This document shows, piece after piece, positions 38,001-49,100 of a stretch of DNA of 64,000 bases. The notes under the pieces were generated by a model. The model saw only the letters and a program-made list of their open reading frames with translations. It searched no databases and was not told where the DNA came from. The stretch's first letter is position 1; every line of letters starts with the position of its first letter. Made by a program: the position numbers and the translations under genes. This DNA is from Macrostomum lignano (Eukaryota). The stretch lies in NCBI GenBank assembly GCA_002269645.1, contig NIVC01000662.1, positions 1 through 64,000 on the forward strand, given 5' to 3'.

Positions 38001-41000
38001 TTTTTCGTCTTCCATATTTAGCTGGGGAAAAACATTTTCCCAAACTCTCGCGCGGTGACAACTCAGCTTCCCCATGGCGTTTCCTGAGCTGATGTGGTGC
38101 CCATTGTTTTAAGTCTTTTTTCTTTCATGTTTTTTGCTGCTGAATTTCTGCTGGCTACAAAAAATAAAATTAATTTCTGCTGCGAGTTAGGACTTTTGTT
38201 TGGTTGCACTTTTGTGTACCGGCTTGCTTGACATTCAACGATTTGCCTTAGCTGATGGGGATTTACCACCATTGCTGATGGGGATTCACCATTGCTGATG
38301 GGGATTTACCATTGCTGATGGGGATTTACCATTGCTGATGGGGATTTACCATTGCTGATGGGGATTTACCACCATTGATGATGGGGATTTACCATTGCTG
38401 ATGGGGATTTACCATCATTGCTGATGGGGATTTACCATTGCTGATGGGGATTTACCACCATTGCTGATGGGGATTTACCATTGCTGATGGGGATTTACCA
38501 TCATTGCTGATGGGGATTTACCATTGCTGATGGGGATTTACCACCATTGCTGATGGGGATTTACCACCATTGCTGATGGGGATTTACCACCATTGCTGAT
38601 GGGGATTTACCATTGCTGATGGGGATTTACCATCATTGCTGATGGGGATTTACCATTGCTGATGGGGATTTACCACGATTGCTGATGGGGATTTACCATT
38701 GCTGATGGGGATTTACCATCATTGCTGATGGGGATTTACCATTGCTGATGGGGATTTACCACCATTGCTGATGGGGATTTACCACCATTGCTGATGGGGA
38801 TTTACCACCATTGCTGATGGGGATTTACCACCATTGCTGATGGGGATTTACCATTGCTGATGGGGATTTACCATCATTGCTGATGGGGATTTACCATTGC
38901 TGATGGGGATTTACCACCATTGCTGATGGGGATTTACCACCATTGCTGATGGGGATTTACCATTGCTGATGGGGATTTACCATCATTGCTGATGGGGATT
39001 TACCATTGCTGATGGGGATTTACCACCATTGCTGATGGGGATTTACCACCATTGCTGATGGGGATTTACCATTGCTGATGGGGATTTACCACCATTGCTG
39101 ATGGGGATTTACCACCATTGCTGATGGGGATTTACCACCATTGCTGATGGGGATTTACCACCATTGCTGATGGGGATTTACCACCATTGCTGATGGGGAT
39201 TTACCACCATTGCTGATGGGGATTTACCACCATTGCTGATGGGGATTTACCACCATTGCTGATGGGGATTTACCACCATTGCTGATGGGGATTTACCACC
39301 ATTGCTGATGGGGATTTACCACCATTGCTGATGGGGATTTACCACCATTGCTGATGGGGATTTACCACCATTGCTGATGGGGATTTACCACCATTGCTGA
39401 TGGGGATTTACCACCATTGCTGATGGGGATTTACCACCATTGCTGATGGGGATTTACCACCATTGCTGATGAGGATTTACCATTGCTGATGGGGATTTAC
39501 CATTGCTGATGGGGATTTACCATTGCTGATGAGGATTTACCATTGCTGATGGGGATTTACCATTGCTGATGGGGATTTACCATTGCTGATTGGGATTTAC
39601 CATTGCTGATGAGGATTTACCATTGCTGATTAGGATTTACCACTCTCAAATGAGCTAGGATTTACCACTGTCAATTTGGGAACAAAGAACAAAACATGGG
39701 TCATACTGCTATCTGAGCTCAGCTTACCAACTATCGCTAGATGCTGCGGAGGTCCATAGTGACACTTTCGCACTGATGTGGAACTCCCATCGTCTACCCG
39801 GGACATATCTCCCTCCCAAGGGGCCTCTGGGGTTAACTGGGCCAACTAGAGGGGACAGATTTGAGTCGAATAGTATCCCTTGTCTACCCTACTCCCAACC
39901 TCCCCATCTCAGACCGCGGGAAGGATGCAGCAGGCCTTCTCGACTTGTGATTGATCGGATCGTTTGCTCCAGACTTTAGGAAATCGATCTGCTTTTCCTT
40001 ACTTCGTTCGTCAGTTGCTTTTTTAACTTTGCTTTCTTTAAGTAGACCAATCTTTTAACTCTTCTGCTGACTCAACCCGCTGCAGGAATCGGCCTGGCTC
40101 TGGCTGCTGCTGTCAAAGGCTACCGCTGCACCATTGTCATGCCGGAGAAGATGAGCAAGGAGAAGGTGATGCGCCACCGCCAGCCTCCCAGATCCCCAGT
40201 TGCTGGGCCAGCCTCCCAGATCCTCAGTTGCTGGACCAGCTTCCCAGATCCTCAGTTGCTGGGACAGCCTCCCAGATCCTCAGTTGCTGGGCCAGCCTCC
40301 CAGATCCTCAGTTGCTGGACCAGCCTCCCAGATCCTCAGTTGCTGGGCCAGCCTCCCAGATCCTCAGTTGCTGGACCAGCTTCCCAGATCCTCAGTTGCT
40401 GGGCCAGCCTCCCAGATCCTCAGTTGCTGGGCCACCAGCCTCCCAGATCCTCAGTTGCTGGGCCAGCCTCCCAGATCCTCAGTTGCTGGACCAGCTTCCC
40501 AGATCCCCAGTTGCTGGGCCAGCCTCCCAGATCCTCAGTTGCTGGACCAGCCTCCCAGATCCTCAGTTGCTGGGACAGCCTCCCAGATCCTCAGTTGCTG
40601 GGCCAGCCTCCCAGATCCTCAGTTGCTGGACCAGCCTCCCAGATCCTCAGTTGCTGGGCCAGCCTCCCAGATCCTCAGTTGCTGGACCAGCTTCCCAGAT
40701 CCTCAGTTGCTGGGCCAGCCTCCCAGATCCTCAGTTGCTGGGCCACCAGCCTCCCAGATCCTCAGTTGCTGGGCCAGCCTCCCAGATCCTCAGTTGCTGG
40801 ACCAGCTTCCCAGATCCCCAGTTGCTGGGCCAGCCTCCCAGATCCTCAGTTGCTGGACCAGCCTCCCAGATCCTCAGTTTCTGGACCAGCCTCCCAAATC
40901 CTCAGTTTCTGGGCCAGCCTCCCAGATCCTCAGTTGCTGGACCAGCCTCCCAGATCCTCAGTTTCTGGGCCAGCCTCCCAGATCCTCAGTTGCTGGACCA

Positions 41001-44000
41001 GCCTCCCAGATCCTCAGATGCTGGGCCAGCCTCCCAGATCCTCAGTTGCTGGGCCTGCCTCCCAGATCCTCAGTTTCTGGGCCAGCCTTCCAGATCCTCA
41101 GTTGCTGGACCAGCCTCCCAGATCCTCAGTTGCTGGGCCAGCCTCCCAGATCCTCAGTTGCTGGACCAGCCTCCCAGATCCTCAGTTGCTGGGCCAGCCT
41201 CCCAGATCCTCAGTTGCTGGGCCAGCCTCCCAGATCCTCAGTTGCTGGGCCAGCCTCCCAGATCCTCAGTTGCTTGGCCAGCCTCCCAGATCCTCAGTTG
41301 CTGGGCCAGCCTCCCAAATCCTGTTTAGGACCCTCTACTATCCTCGCGATTTTCCTAGACAGCATCTCGCCCCCTCTTATGCTGACCGTCAGGTCGACGT
41401 TCTGCGCGCCCTCGGCGCCGACATCGTCCGCACGCCGACGGCGGCCAGCTACGACAGCGCCGAGTCGCACATCGGCGTTGCCAAGCAGCTGCTGAACACC
41501 GTGGCCAATTCGCACATCCTTGATCAGTACACCAACCCCTCCAACCCGATGGCCCACTTCGACGGTGAGTTTCACGTTTTATACTGCTGGATGTCATTTG
41601 GAATTTAGAGGCTGACTATTCTACCAACCCACTCATAGTAGATTTTGTATTAATCACTCACATTCCACCTATATAATCACTCATAATTTACCTGTCAATC
41701 ACTCGTAATTCACCTGTCAATCACTCGTAATTCACCTGTCAATCACTCATAGGCCACCTGGCAATCACTCATAGTCTACCTGTCAATCAGTTACCTTTCA
41801 CCTGTCCAATCATTCACGTTCCTACTCCAGGCACAGCCGAGGAGATCCTGGAAGCGTGCTCCGGTCAGCTGGACATGGTGGTGCTTGGCGCTGGCACAGG
41901 CGGCACCCTGTGCGGAGTGGCTCGCAAGCTGAAGCAGCGCTGCCCAGACTGCCTGATCATCGGGGTTGATCCGCTGGGCTCGATACTGGCTCAGCCTGAC
42001 GAGCTGAACGCCACCAAAGTGACTGGCTACGATGTTGAGGGAATCGGGTGGGTTGGCTGCACTGAAATCATATGATCTGTTCTGATATCACTGCTAGTCT
42101 ATGGCCTGATGTCACTGTTAGTCTATGGCCTGATGTCACTGTTAGTCTATGGCCTGATATCACTGCTAGTCTATGACCTGATATCACTGCTAGTCTATGA
42201 CCTGATGTCACTGTTAGTCTATGGCCTGATATCACTGCTAGTCTATGACCTGATATCACTGCTAGTCTATGACCTGATGTCACTGTTAGTCTATGGCCTG
42301 ATATCACTGCTAGTCTATGGCCTGATATCACTGCTAGTCTATGACCTGATATCACTGTTAGTCCATGACCTGATATCACTGTTCGTCTATGACCTGATAT
42401 CACTGCTAGTCCATGACCTGATATCACTGTTAGTCCATGACCTGATATCACTGTTAGTCTATGGCCTGATATCACTGCTAGTCTATGACCTGATATCACT
42501 GTTAGTCTATGGCCTGATATCACTGCTAGTCTATGACCTGATATCACTGTTAGTCTATGGCCTGATATCACTGCTAGTCTATGACCTGATATCACTGTTA
42601 GTCTATGACCTTATATTACCCGGCAGGTACGATTTCGTCCCCACCGTGCTGGATCGGTCCCTGGTGGACCGCTGGTACAAATCGAATGACGTGGACTCGC
42701 TGCGCATGGCCCGCCGTCTGATCAGACGCGAGGGCCTCCTCTGCGGCGGCAGCAGTGGCAGCGCTTTCGATTGCGCGCTGCGCGCCGTTCGCGATTTTGG
42801 CCTCGGCGCCGGCAAGCGGGTTGTTGTGCTGCTGCCCGACTCGGTTAGAAACTACATGACCAAATTTCTCAGCGACGACTGGATGATTGAACGGGGACAC
42901 ATGCCCGATCCCGAGGTTGGCTGGCTAGTTTTACTACTAACTCTCTTAAATCAGTAGCCAGTAAAGAATGTTTTTTGCTAATTTTATTGTATTCTATTAA
43001 AGATTCTGGTAAATTTTCTGAGCTCTAATACTTACGAGTTGGAAAAATGATTTATTTTTCTGTTGAAAAAGGAAGATAAAAAGGATGACACACTTTATGA
43101 GCGTATTATTGGTGCCGGAGAAATGTACATTGTTATCAGCGCGGCAGGTAGGCAATGTACATTGTTATCAGCGCGGCAGGTAGGCAATGCACATTGTTAT
43201 CAGCGCGGCAGGTAGGCAATGTACATTGTTATCAGCGCGGCAGGTAGGCAATGTACATTGTTATCAGCGCGGCAGGTAGGCAATGTACATTGTTATCAGC
43301 GCGGCAGTTAGGCAATGTATATTGTTATCAGCGCGGCAGGTAGGCAATGTACATTGTTATCAGCGCGGCAGGTAGGCAATACATTGTAATGAAAATGCTG
43401 TAGAAAGAAGAAGCGATACCACTGTTTTGAAAGTAGCTTAATTTTCAAAGTTGAGTAATTTTCAAACAACGATTTTAATTGCTTTTTTGCTGCCCAGGAC
43501 GATCCCAGCCTGGGCCCGTCCCATACCTGGATGTCCGTCCGGGTCGGCAGCCTCGACCTCCGCGCCCCCCTGACCGTGGCGCCTGACGTGTCCGTCAGCG
43601 AAACCCTGGAGCTGTTCAACCGCGAGTCCATCGACCAGGTGCCAGTTGTTGAACGGTCAAGCGGCGCCATCGTTGGCATGGCAACGCTGAGCAACATCAC
43701 GTCGAGAATTATTCGAGGCAGCCTGGCACCCACCGACCCGGTTGGCTCGGCGGCCTTCGACAAGTTCACGAAGGTGACGCCCGACGCCAAGCTGGGCGCC
43801 GTGAGTCGGAGGCTGGACACCGACCACTTTGTGCTGGTGGTGCAGCAGCAGCGGCAGTGTGAGTTCTAGGAAGAAGTTTGTGTAGTTTGTGTAGTTTTTG
43901 GCGTAGTTAGTGTAGTTTGTGGTGTAGTTTGTGTAGTTTGTGGTGTAGTTTGTGTAGTTTGTGGTGTAATTAATGTAATTTGTGGTGTAGTTAGTGTAGT

Positions 44001-44967
44001 TTGTTGGTAGTTAATGTAGTTTGTGGTGTAGTTTGCGTAGTTTGTGGTGTAGTTAGTGTAGTTTGTGGTGTAGTTAGTGTAGTTAGTGGTGTAGTTTGTG
44101 TAGTTTGTGGTGTAATTAATGTAATTTGTGGTGTAGTTAGTGTAGTTTGTGGGTAGTTAATGTAGTTTGTGGTGTAGTTAATGTAGTTAGTTGCGTAGTT
44201 AATGTAGTTTGTGGTGTAGTTTGCGTAGTTTGTGGTGTAGTTTGTGTAGTTTGTGGTGTAGTTAGTGTAGTTTGTGGTGTAGTTAGTGTAGTTTGTGGTG
44301 TAGTTAGTGTAGTTTATGGTGTAGTTAGTGTAGTTTGTGGGGTACTTAGTGTAGTTTGTGGTGTAGTTAATGTAGTTTGTGGTGTAGTTAGTGTAGTTTG
44401 TGGTGTAGTTAGTGTAGTTTGTGGGGTACTTAGTGTAGTTTGTGGTGTAGTTAGTGTAGTTTGTGATGTAGTTTCTGTAGCTTGTGATGTAGTTAGTGTA
44501 GTTTTTGATGTAGTTAGTGTAGTTAATGGTGTAGCTTGTGTAGTTTGTGATGTAGTTGGTGTAGTTTGTGGGTAGTTAGTGCAGTTTGTGTAGTTTGTGA
44601 TGTAGTTAGTGTAGTTTGTGTAGTTTGTGATGTAGTTGGTGTAGTTTGTGGGTAGTTAGTGCAGTTTGTGGGGTAGCTGGTGCAGCCTGTGGGGTGTTTA
44701 GTATAGTCTGTGGTGTAGTTGGAGGTTTATTGGTGTTTGGTGTTTAGCGGTAGGCAGGTGGTTTCGCAGTTTTAGCTTAGTATTTCGTTGGCTAGCATCA
44801 GTTAGCTCAGTAGTATTGGTGGGACATTGACTGAAATATGAATTATTGAAGCCACCCCTCACCGCCTGTCCTCAGTCGGCAGCGCCGGCGAGGCGGTCAG
44901 GGAGTTCGTGTACGGCATTCTCACCCGCATCGACCTGCTCAACTTTATCCTCAAGATGCAGGAGTGA
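26026..44967 (+). CDS. CBS: Cystathionine beta-synthase (heme-binding N-terminus, PLP catalytic core, C-terminal CBS domains), 9 exons, 536 aa
   Basis: Exons 26026-26183, 27505-27611, 27692-27826, 40086-40165, 41393-41564, 41831-42047, 42627-42915, 43498-43858, 44876-44967 sum to 1611 nt with consistent phases. Motifs SRCTF...ESPHLH (heme Cys/His), [16 protein letters not shown] (PLP Lys), [31 protein letters not shown] and [11 protein letters not shown]. Confidence 0.96.
26265..27455. repeat. 30-31-bp minisatellite (GTAGAGGATGAGATTCCAGAAGTGTTTATTCT) filling CBS intron 1
   Basis: About 38 tandem copies with a variant gradient (GATGAG to GTTGAG rightwards). Confidence 0.95.
27830..28160. repeat. 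30-31-bp minisatellite (GTCCCCGCTCATGTACATTCCACTGCTGTGAT) at the start of CBS intron 3
   Basis: About 10 copies; the first copy overlaps the donor GTGAGT. Confidence 0.95.
28181..28470 (+). mobile_element. tRNA-derived SINE with CORE-like domain (family B)
   Basis: Head GGTGGTTGTAGCCTAGTGGTTAGAGCG...GGGTTCGATTCCCG has A/B boxes but poor acceptor and anticodon stems. It is followed by GCAAGACACTTAACTCTGCATTGCTTCAGTTCAGCTGTAAAATGGG (28261-28320), resembling the MIR/CORE conserved domain. The 3' end is approximate. Confidence 0.75.
28885..29745. repeat. 20-bp telomere-like minisatellite (TCTAGGTTAGGGTTATGGTT) in CBS intron 3
   Basis: About 40 copies, each containing TTAGGG, with degenerate TTAGGG-like flanks. 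Confidence 0.95.
30187..31401 (-). CDS. Nested antisense gene: signal peptide, two Cys-rich three-finger (LU/Ly6 or activin-receptor-ectodomain-like) domains, single TM helix, low-complexity cytoplasmic tail; true C-terminus may extend to 29990
   Basis: 404-aa ORF with hydrophobic N-terminus ([10 protein letters not shown]). Domain 1 has 8 Cys ending CRDRPMCN; domain 2 has 6 Cys ending CRTDYCT. N-glycosylation sequons NRT/NVT/NTS and [23 protein letters not shown]-rich codon style matches neighbouring exons. Confidence 0.75.
   Translation of the reverse strand: MSGHLPAPIAVLLLAALSHMPARTTQVTIIKSAAAAEDAAKSEATAAVPCLTGRCDRLGGCNRTEVFRPQLCQHGCASLMYIDAHGRQLLLHRLCAKRQPNPSEYNVTIKYCRDRPMCNDRMEMQQQQREAGTVGNHDNGEQFSCLFRDRSVEPGSKGYPVPCKSPPSYVRRMCIVYRQQAELAAEPSATGALCSLDYLHLNYLVNTSSLLQYTSYEINCRTDYCTGVNRAGGGLAGAGTSGGLQGGGEANHRPPLPPHLSRIEFDDAAVLMRAFAGVSAAALLLLLLAGLAQVRTARAAASASAAATAAATAATAASATSPLPVGSTAKRRQQRQRQRRRQDCCSSTGGLCPTCGGIRTRRQATFPVKPVASIHFRVGSRRRSASCTAASEVSGCARPSASPT
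31495..32310. repeat. 22-25-bp pyrimidine-rich minisatellite (ACTCCCAYCATCCTGTCTCTKYT)
   Basis: More than 30 imperfect copies just upstream of the nested gene; source of three spurious ~330-aa ORFs. Confidence 0.93.
32920..34753. repeat. 36-bp minisatellite (CTGTAGGTGCCCCACTCCAAACAGAATAAACTGGGC) in CBS intron 3
   Basis: About 50 near-identical copies with variation mainly at two positions and one shortened unit at ~33965. Confidence 0.98.
36456..37907. repeat. 42-bp minisatellite (GATAGAGTCAGTGTGTATTCTGAGCCTCTCTATCAGCAGTCG) in CBS intron 3
   Basis: About 34 near-identical copies. Confidence 0.98.
38256..39650. repeat. 20/23-bp minisatellite (ACCATTGCTGATGGGGATTT with or without an extra ACC/ATC) in CBS intron 3
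   Basis: About 60 copies mixing two unit lengths. Confidence 0.97.
40177..41322. repeat. 28-bp minisatellite (GCTGGGCCAGCCTCCCAGATCCTCAGTT) filling CBS intron 4
   Basis: About 40 copies starting ~11 nt after the donor. Confidence 0.97.
41680..41800. repeat. ~22-bp short array (TCACCTGTCAATCACTCGTAAT) in CBS intron 5
   Basis: About 5 imperfect copies. Confidence 0.75.
42078..42612. repeat. 24-bp minisatellite (CTGATATCACTGYTAGTCTATGAC) filling CBS intron 6
   Basis: About 22 copies ending ~14 nt before the acceptor. Confidence 0.96.
43122..43388. repeat. 32-bp minisatellite (AATGTACATTGTTATCAGCGCGGCAGGTAGGC) in CBS intron 7
   Basis: About 8 copies. Confidence 0.95.
43878..44700. repeat. ~21-bp GT-rich minisatellite (GTAGTTTGTGGTGTAGTTAGT) in CBS intron 8
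   Basis: Many imperfect copies starting ~20 nt after the donor. Confidence 0.93.
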
Positions 44968-46122
44968 ATGCTGCATCTTGTTCTCTTTTTCTGTCCTGGA
45001 AAACAAATTACTCTTTTTTGCTCCAATGCCCTAACAGAAAAATTTCGATTTTTATTGCAACGCCATTTTTCGCTTTTTTTGGGGTGTTTTGTTGTCATTC
45101 CAGTGTTTCTGTGTCCTTTTTGTTTGTTGCAATGAATTTTGCAGAATCTATTATGTTTAAATGCGCGCTGGATGTGTTGAATTCAATGCAATTTTGTCAC
45201 CAGAGAGATCTCAAAGTCTGTGCCACTGTTTAAAGAAATTAGTGAAATTTTATTATCAACTGCCGTTTTATTGTCTCATTTTTTAATCTTTCCTTTGTTT
45301 TGGTGACTTTTTTGAGCCGTTTTTTCTCTCTTTTCTGTTCTGAGTTTTGTTGCAGCAACCAGATAATCTCTAGTAGGAGTGCTTTGTGTAACTTTGTACG
45401 CACTTTTTGCTCTATATATTAGATCTCACTACTTACTGTCTACACTAGTTTTTCAGTAGTCATCTACGATTGTTTTGTGATAAATATAGTTCTCAATACT
45501 AGGAAGATGTTGCTAGCACCTGACAGATGTAACTCAATAAAGGCCATAAATTTCTTATTATCAGCTTGTTTTTGATTTTCATAAATCCGTGCGACAGCTG
45601 GGCTCATTTACTTTGGAAGAAGAAAAAAGAAAACATAAGAGAGAGAAACAGAATTGACAGCAAATGAACGGGGCGATAAAGTTTCTCTTTTGCCAGTTTG
45701 AAAATAAAAAATATGTCAGCTGGTTGTCCAACACTCGAAACATTCGCCAAATTAGGCTGTGAGAGAATCCGCATGCCCGTTTAAGCTGTAAAAGTTGAGA
45801 TATTAAAATTACACAGAATTTTGCCGGAGATTCGAAATTCCAAAACTATTAAGAAGTGCAGTAGCCAGGGTGAGGGTGGGAATAAAAATAAGCGAGTGGG
45901 GGCTCAGGGCTTCTCATAGATCATTAATTATAGGCAATCATTAAACGTATATATAAACACCGTACTGTAACAGGCCTCCGCTATTTTCATGGGCCTCTAA
46001 AAGTAGCTTGAAGTACACTTAAGGCATAGAAAGAAATGTTAAGTGAGTTTCTTCTGTTCAGGCGGACGATGTTTGTCGGATTTTCGAGTATCTCTTCTTT
46101 TAGCTCGTATAATTAACTATTG

Positions 46123-49100
46123 TTAGTTGCTGACCAAGGGCGGCAGCTGCTGCTTGCCCGCCGACAGCGGCCGGGTCTCCAGTTCGTTAATCTGGGTGCG
46201 CAGCTGCTGGATCAGCAGCCGCTGGGTTTCAATTGTCCGCTCCTTCTCCTCCATGTCCTTCTCCAGCATTGGATTGGACTTGTTGGACGTCACCATGGCT
46301 ACTAGTTGCTTGGCCTGGTCGTTGTTCTTCCTGTGCAGGCCGACCGCCGCCTCGAGGTCATGAATCTGGGTTCGTGACTTCTTCAGGTCGCGCCGCAGGT
46401 CGTTGATCTCCTTGATTAGCGACACGTTCTCCTGGTAGGGTGGGGAAGTTTTAATTCGTGCTATAATTTTTGGGAGTTTAGTTTTTTTAGGTGTTTTTTA
46501 AATGGGTTAAAAATTTTTTTAGAGCGACGGAGGGAGAAATTCCTAGAATCTCTCTGGACCCAACCACCTTACTCCGCCAACCACCTCACTCCGTCAATCC
46601 TCTCACTCCGCCAACCCCCTCACTCCGCCAACCACCTCACTCCGCCAACCACCTCACTCCACCAACCAACTCACTCCGCCAACCCCCTTACTCCGCCAAC
46701 CACCTCACTCCGCCAACCACCTCACTCCGCCAACCATTTCACTCCGTCAACCCTCTCATTCCGCCACGCCCACCGACCTCACACCTTCCAGAATCATCAG
46801 ACGCATCCCACTCACCTGCATGATGCGCACGTAATCAGCCCTGTGAATGTCATTCTCTTTAGCCAGCTTCTTTCGCAGCGAGGCCACGGATCTTTCAAGG
46901 TGCTCGCGCTGCCTGGCGAACTCCTTCTGTATGTCGGCGTCCATGTTGGCCTCGCTAGCCTGGTAGTTAGTGCGGGAAAGTTGTATTTAAAAATTTCTCT
47001 CTGATTATTTCATATTGAGTCCACAACTTCACTGCATCGAACTCACCATATCGTCATCACGGACGTGCTTCCTGTACATCGACATGATGCTCTCCTTCAG
47101 CTGTTTTGGCTCCTGAATGAAGTTTACGCAATTGTGCAGGTCGGTCTTGAACCGGCGCACCGCCGCCTCGACCCTGAACTTCTCGGTCTTCTCATTCTTC
47201 AAATCGTTCTCAACCGCCTTGAGCTTGTCCCTCATCTCGCTGATGTTGAGCTCCAGCTGCGTGTTCTGCTTGTGGAACCGCTCCAGCTCGGACTCCATTC
47301 CTGGATCTGCTCCTTGTAGTTCTTGATGTCCTGCTCGCGCGGCTCGATCTGCTTCTTGAGCTCCTTGATCTTGTAGTCCAGGACGAACTTGAACTTCTCC
47401 AGCTCCTGGTTCTTCTTCTTCAGATCGTAGATTCGCTTCTCCTTGTCCTGGATGGTCTCATCTCGCTCCTGGATCTCCTTCTTCAGTCCGTCGATGTCCT
47501 TCTGCAGGTTGCGGATGACGTTGTTGAGCTTCTGATTCTCCGTCTGCAGCTTCTTGATTTCGTCCTTGTGATCGTCGATCTCCTTCTGCAGCGAGGTGAA
47601 CTTCTTCTTCATGATGCCGGACTCGCTCTTCAGCTTCGTGTTGGATTCTTTCTCCTCGCGGAGCCGCTTCTCGTACTTGATCTTCGAGTCCAGAATCTCG
47701 CGGTCGGCGTCCTCCTCGATTAGCTTCTTGGTCTCCTCGTACTCCTCCGTCTGCTGGTGGATCTGGCTCTCTAGCTCCTCGATCTTCTCGTCCAGCTGCC
47801 GGATTCGCTCCTCGAATTTCTCGGTGATCTCCTCCTCGGACTTCTGGCGCGCCTCCTCCATCTCCTGCAGCTGGCGCTCGTAGTCCTCCTGCATCTTCTG
47901 CGACTTGGACTGCAGCTCCTGGTACTTCTCGTACTCCATCATCAGCTTCTGGTTGTTGGCGGCTTCCATGTCCTGCACCTCCTTGCTGTGCTTCTCCATC
48001 ACCTCCTGCAACTGTTCCTCGTGCTTGGCCTCCTCCTTGTCCTTCTCCGTCTTCAGCACTTGGTTCTTTGTCTTGAGCGATTCCATCTCCTGGATGAACT
48101 TCTCAGTGAGCTCCTTGATCTTGTCGTTATAGTTCATGTCCTTCATGCGCAGCTGGTACTCGTTGCCGATCTTCAACTCCTCCACGCGCTGGTTGAGCTC
48201 GGCGGTCAACGCGTTCTTCTCCTCCAGGTCGGACTTGGTGATGAGGATCTCCTCGGCCCAGCCAGTCTCCTTGTCGCGCTTGAGCCCGCGGCCCTCTTTG
48301 TCCGTCACCTTCCAGATTAGCACGCAGCCATCGTCGCCAACGGTGACCATGTACTCGTCGGTGCAGACCAGGCGCATCTTGTTAACGCCGCCGCTATGCG
48401 CTGCCACCTCCTGCCAGTCGGAACCGGCGCCGCCGCCAACCGAGGCCGCCGTGAAGGGGAACTTGATGGCCCGGACTGAGCCGGACTTGGTGCCGGCGAA
48501 CATCATCCGGCCGGAGTTTGACATGGCCAGCGAGGTGAACTCGGCCTCGCCGGCGTCAATGGCCGGCATCGGCTCCTCATCGGTGATCTCCTTCAGCTTG
48601 CCGTCGCTGCCTACAGCGTAGGTTGTCTTCACGTCGGCCGTGGCGGCGACGCCCGTGTAGCTGCAGGTCTTGAGCACGTGCTCGCGCAGCCGCTTGCCGG
48701 TGGCCACCTCCCACTCGTAAACGGCGCCGTCCATGCCGCAGGACACCAGCTTGCTGTCGTCGTTGGACCAAACTAAGCCTTTGATCTTGCCGTTGTGGCC
48801 TTTGAAGTTGCCGACATTTTCAAAGCTGATGGTTGAGAAGATCTGGATGATGTTGCCGTGGACGGCGGCGAACAGATGGCCACCGTTGCTGAAGGCGCAC
48901 TGCGGGGGGGAGACGTTTGGAGAGGAAATAATTGACACTATGAGATGAATCGTGTGCTCATCGCTATGAGTTTCTGAGTCTGTACTCGAGGACCACATTA
49001 GGCAGGCTCACGCGTTCAAAGTTTTATTCAATGGGACTCACCTCGCGGCAGCCGCGGATAGTGAACTCTTTGAAGGTGCGAATGTCGTCAATGAGCAGGT

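Noticed and set aside
47065-48948. Multiple antisense ORFs over CFAP57, ANKRD13, NSA2 and CBS exons
   Set aside because: Expected shadow ORFs of GC3-rich coding sequence.
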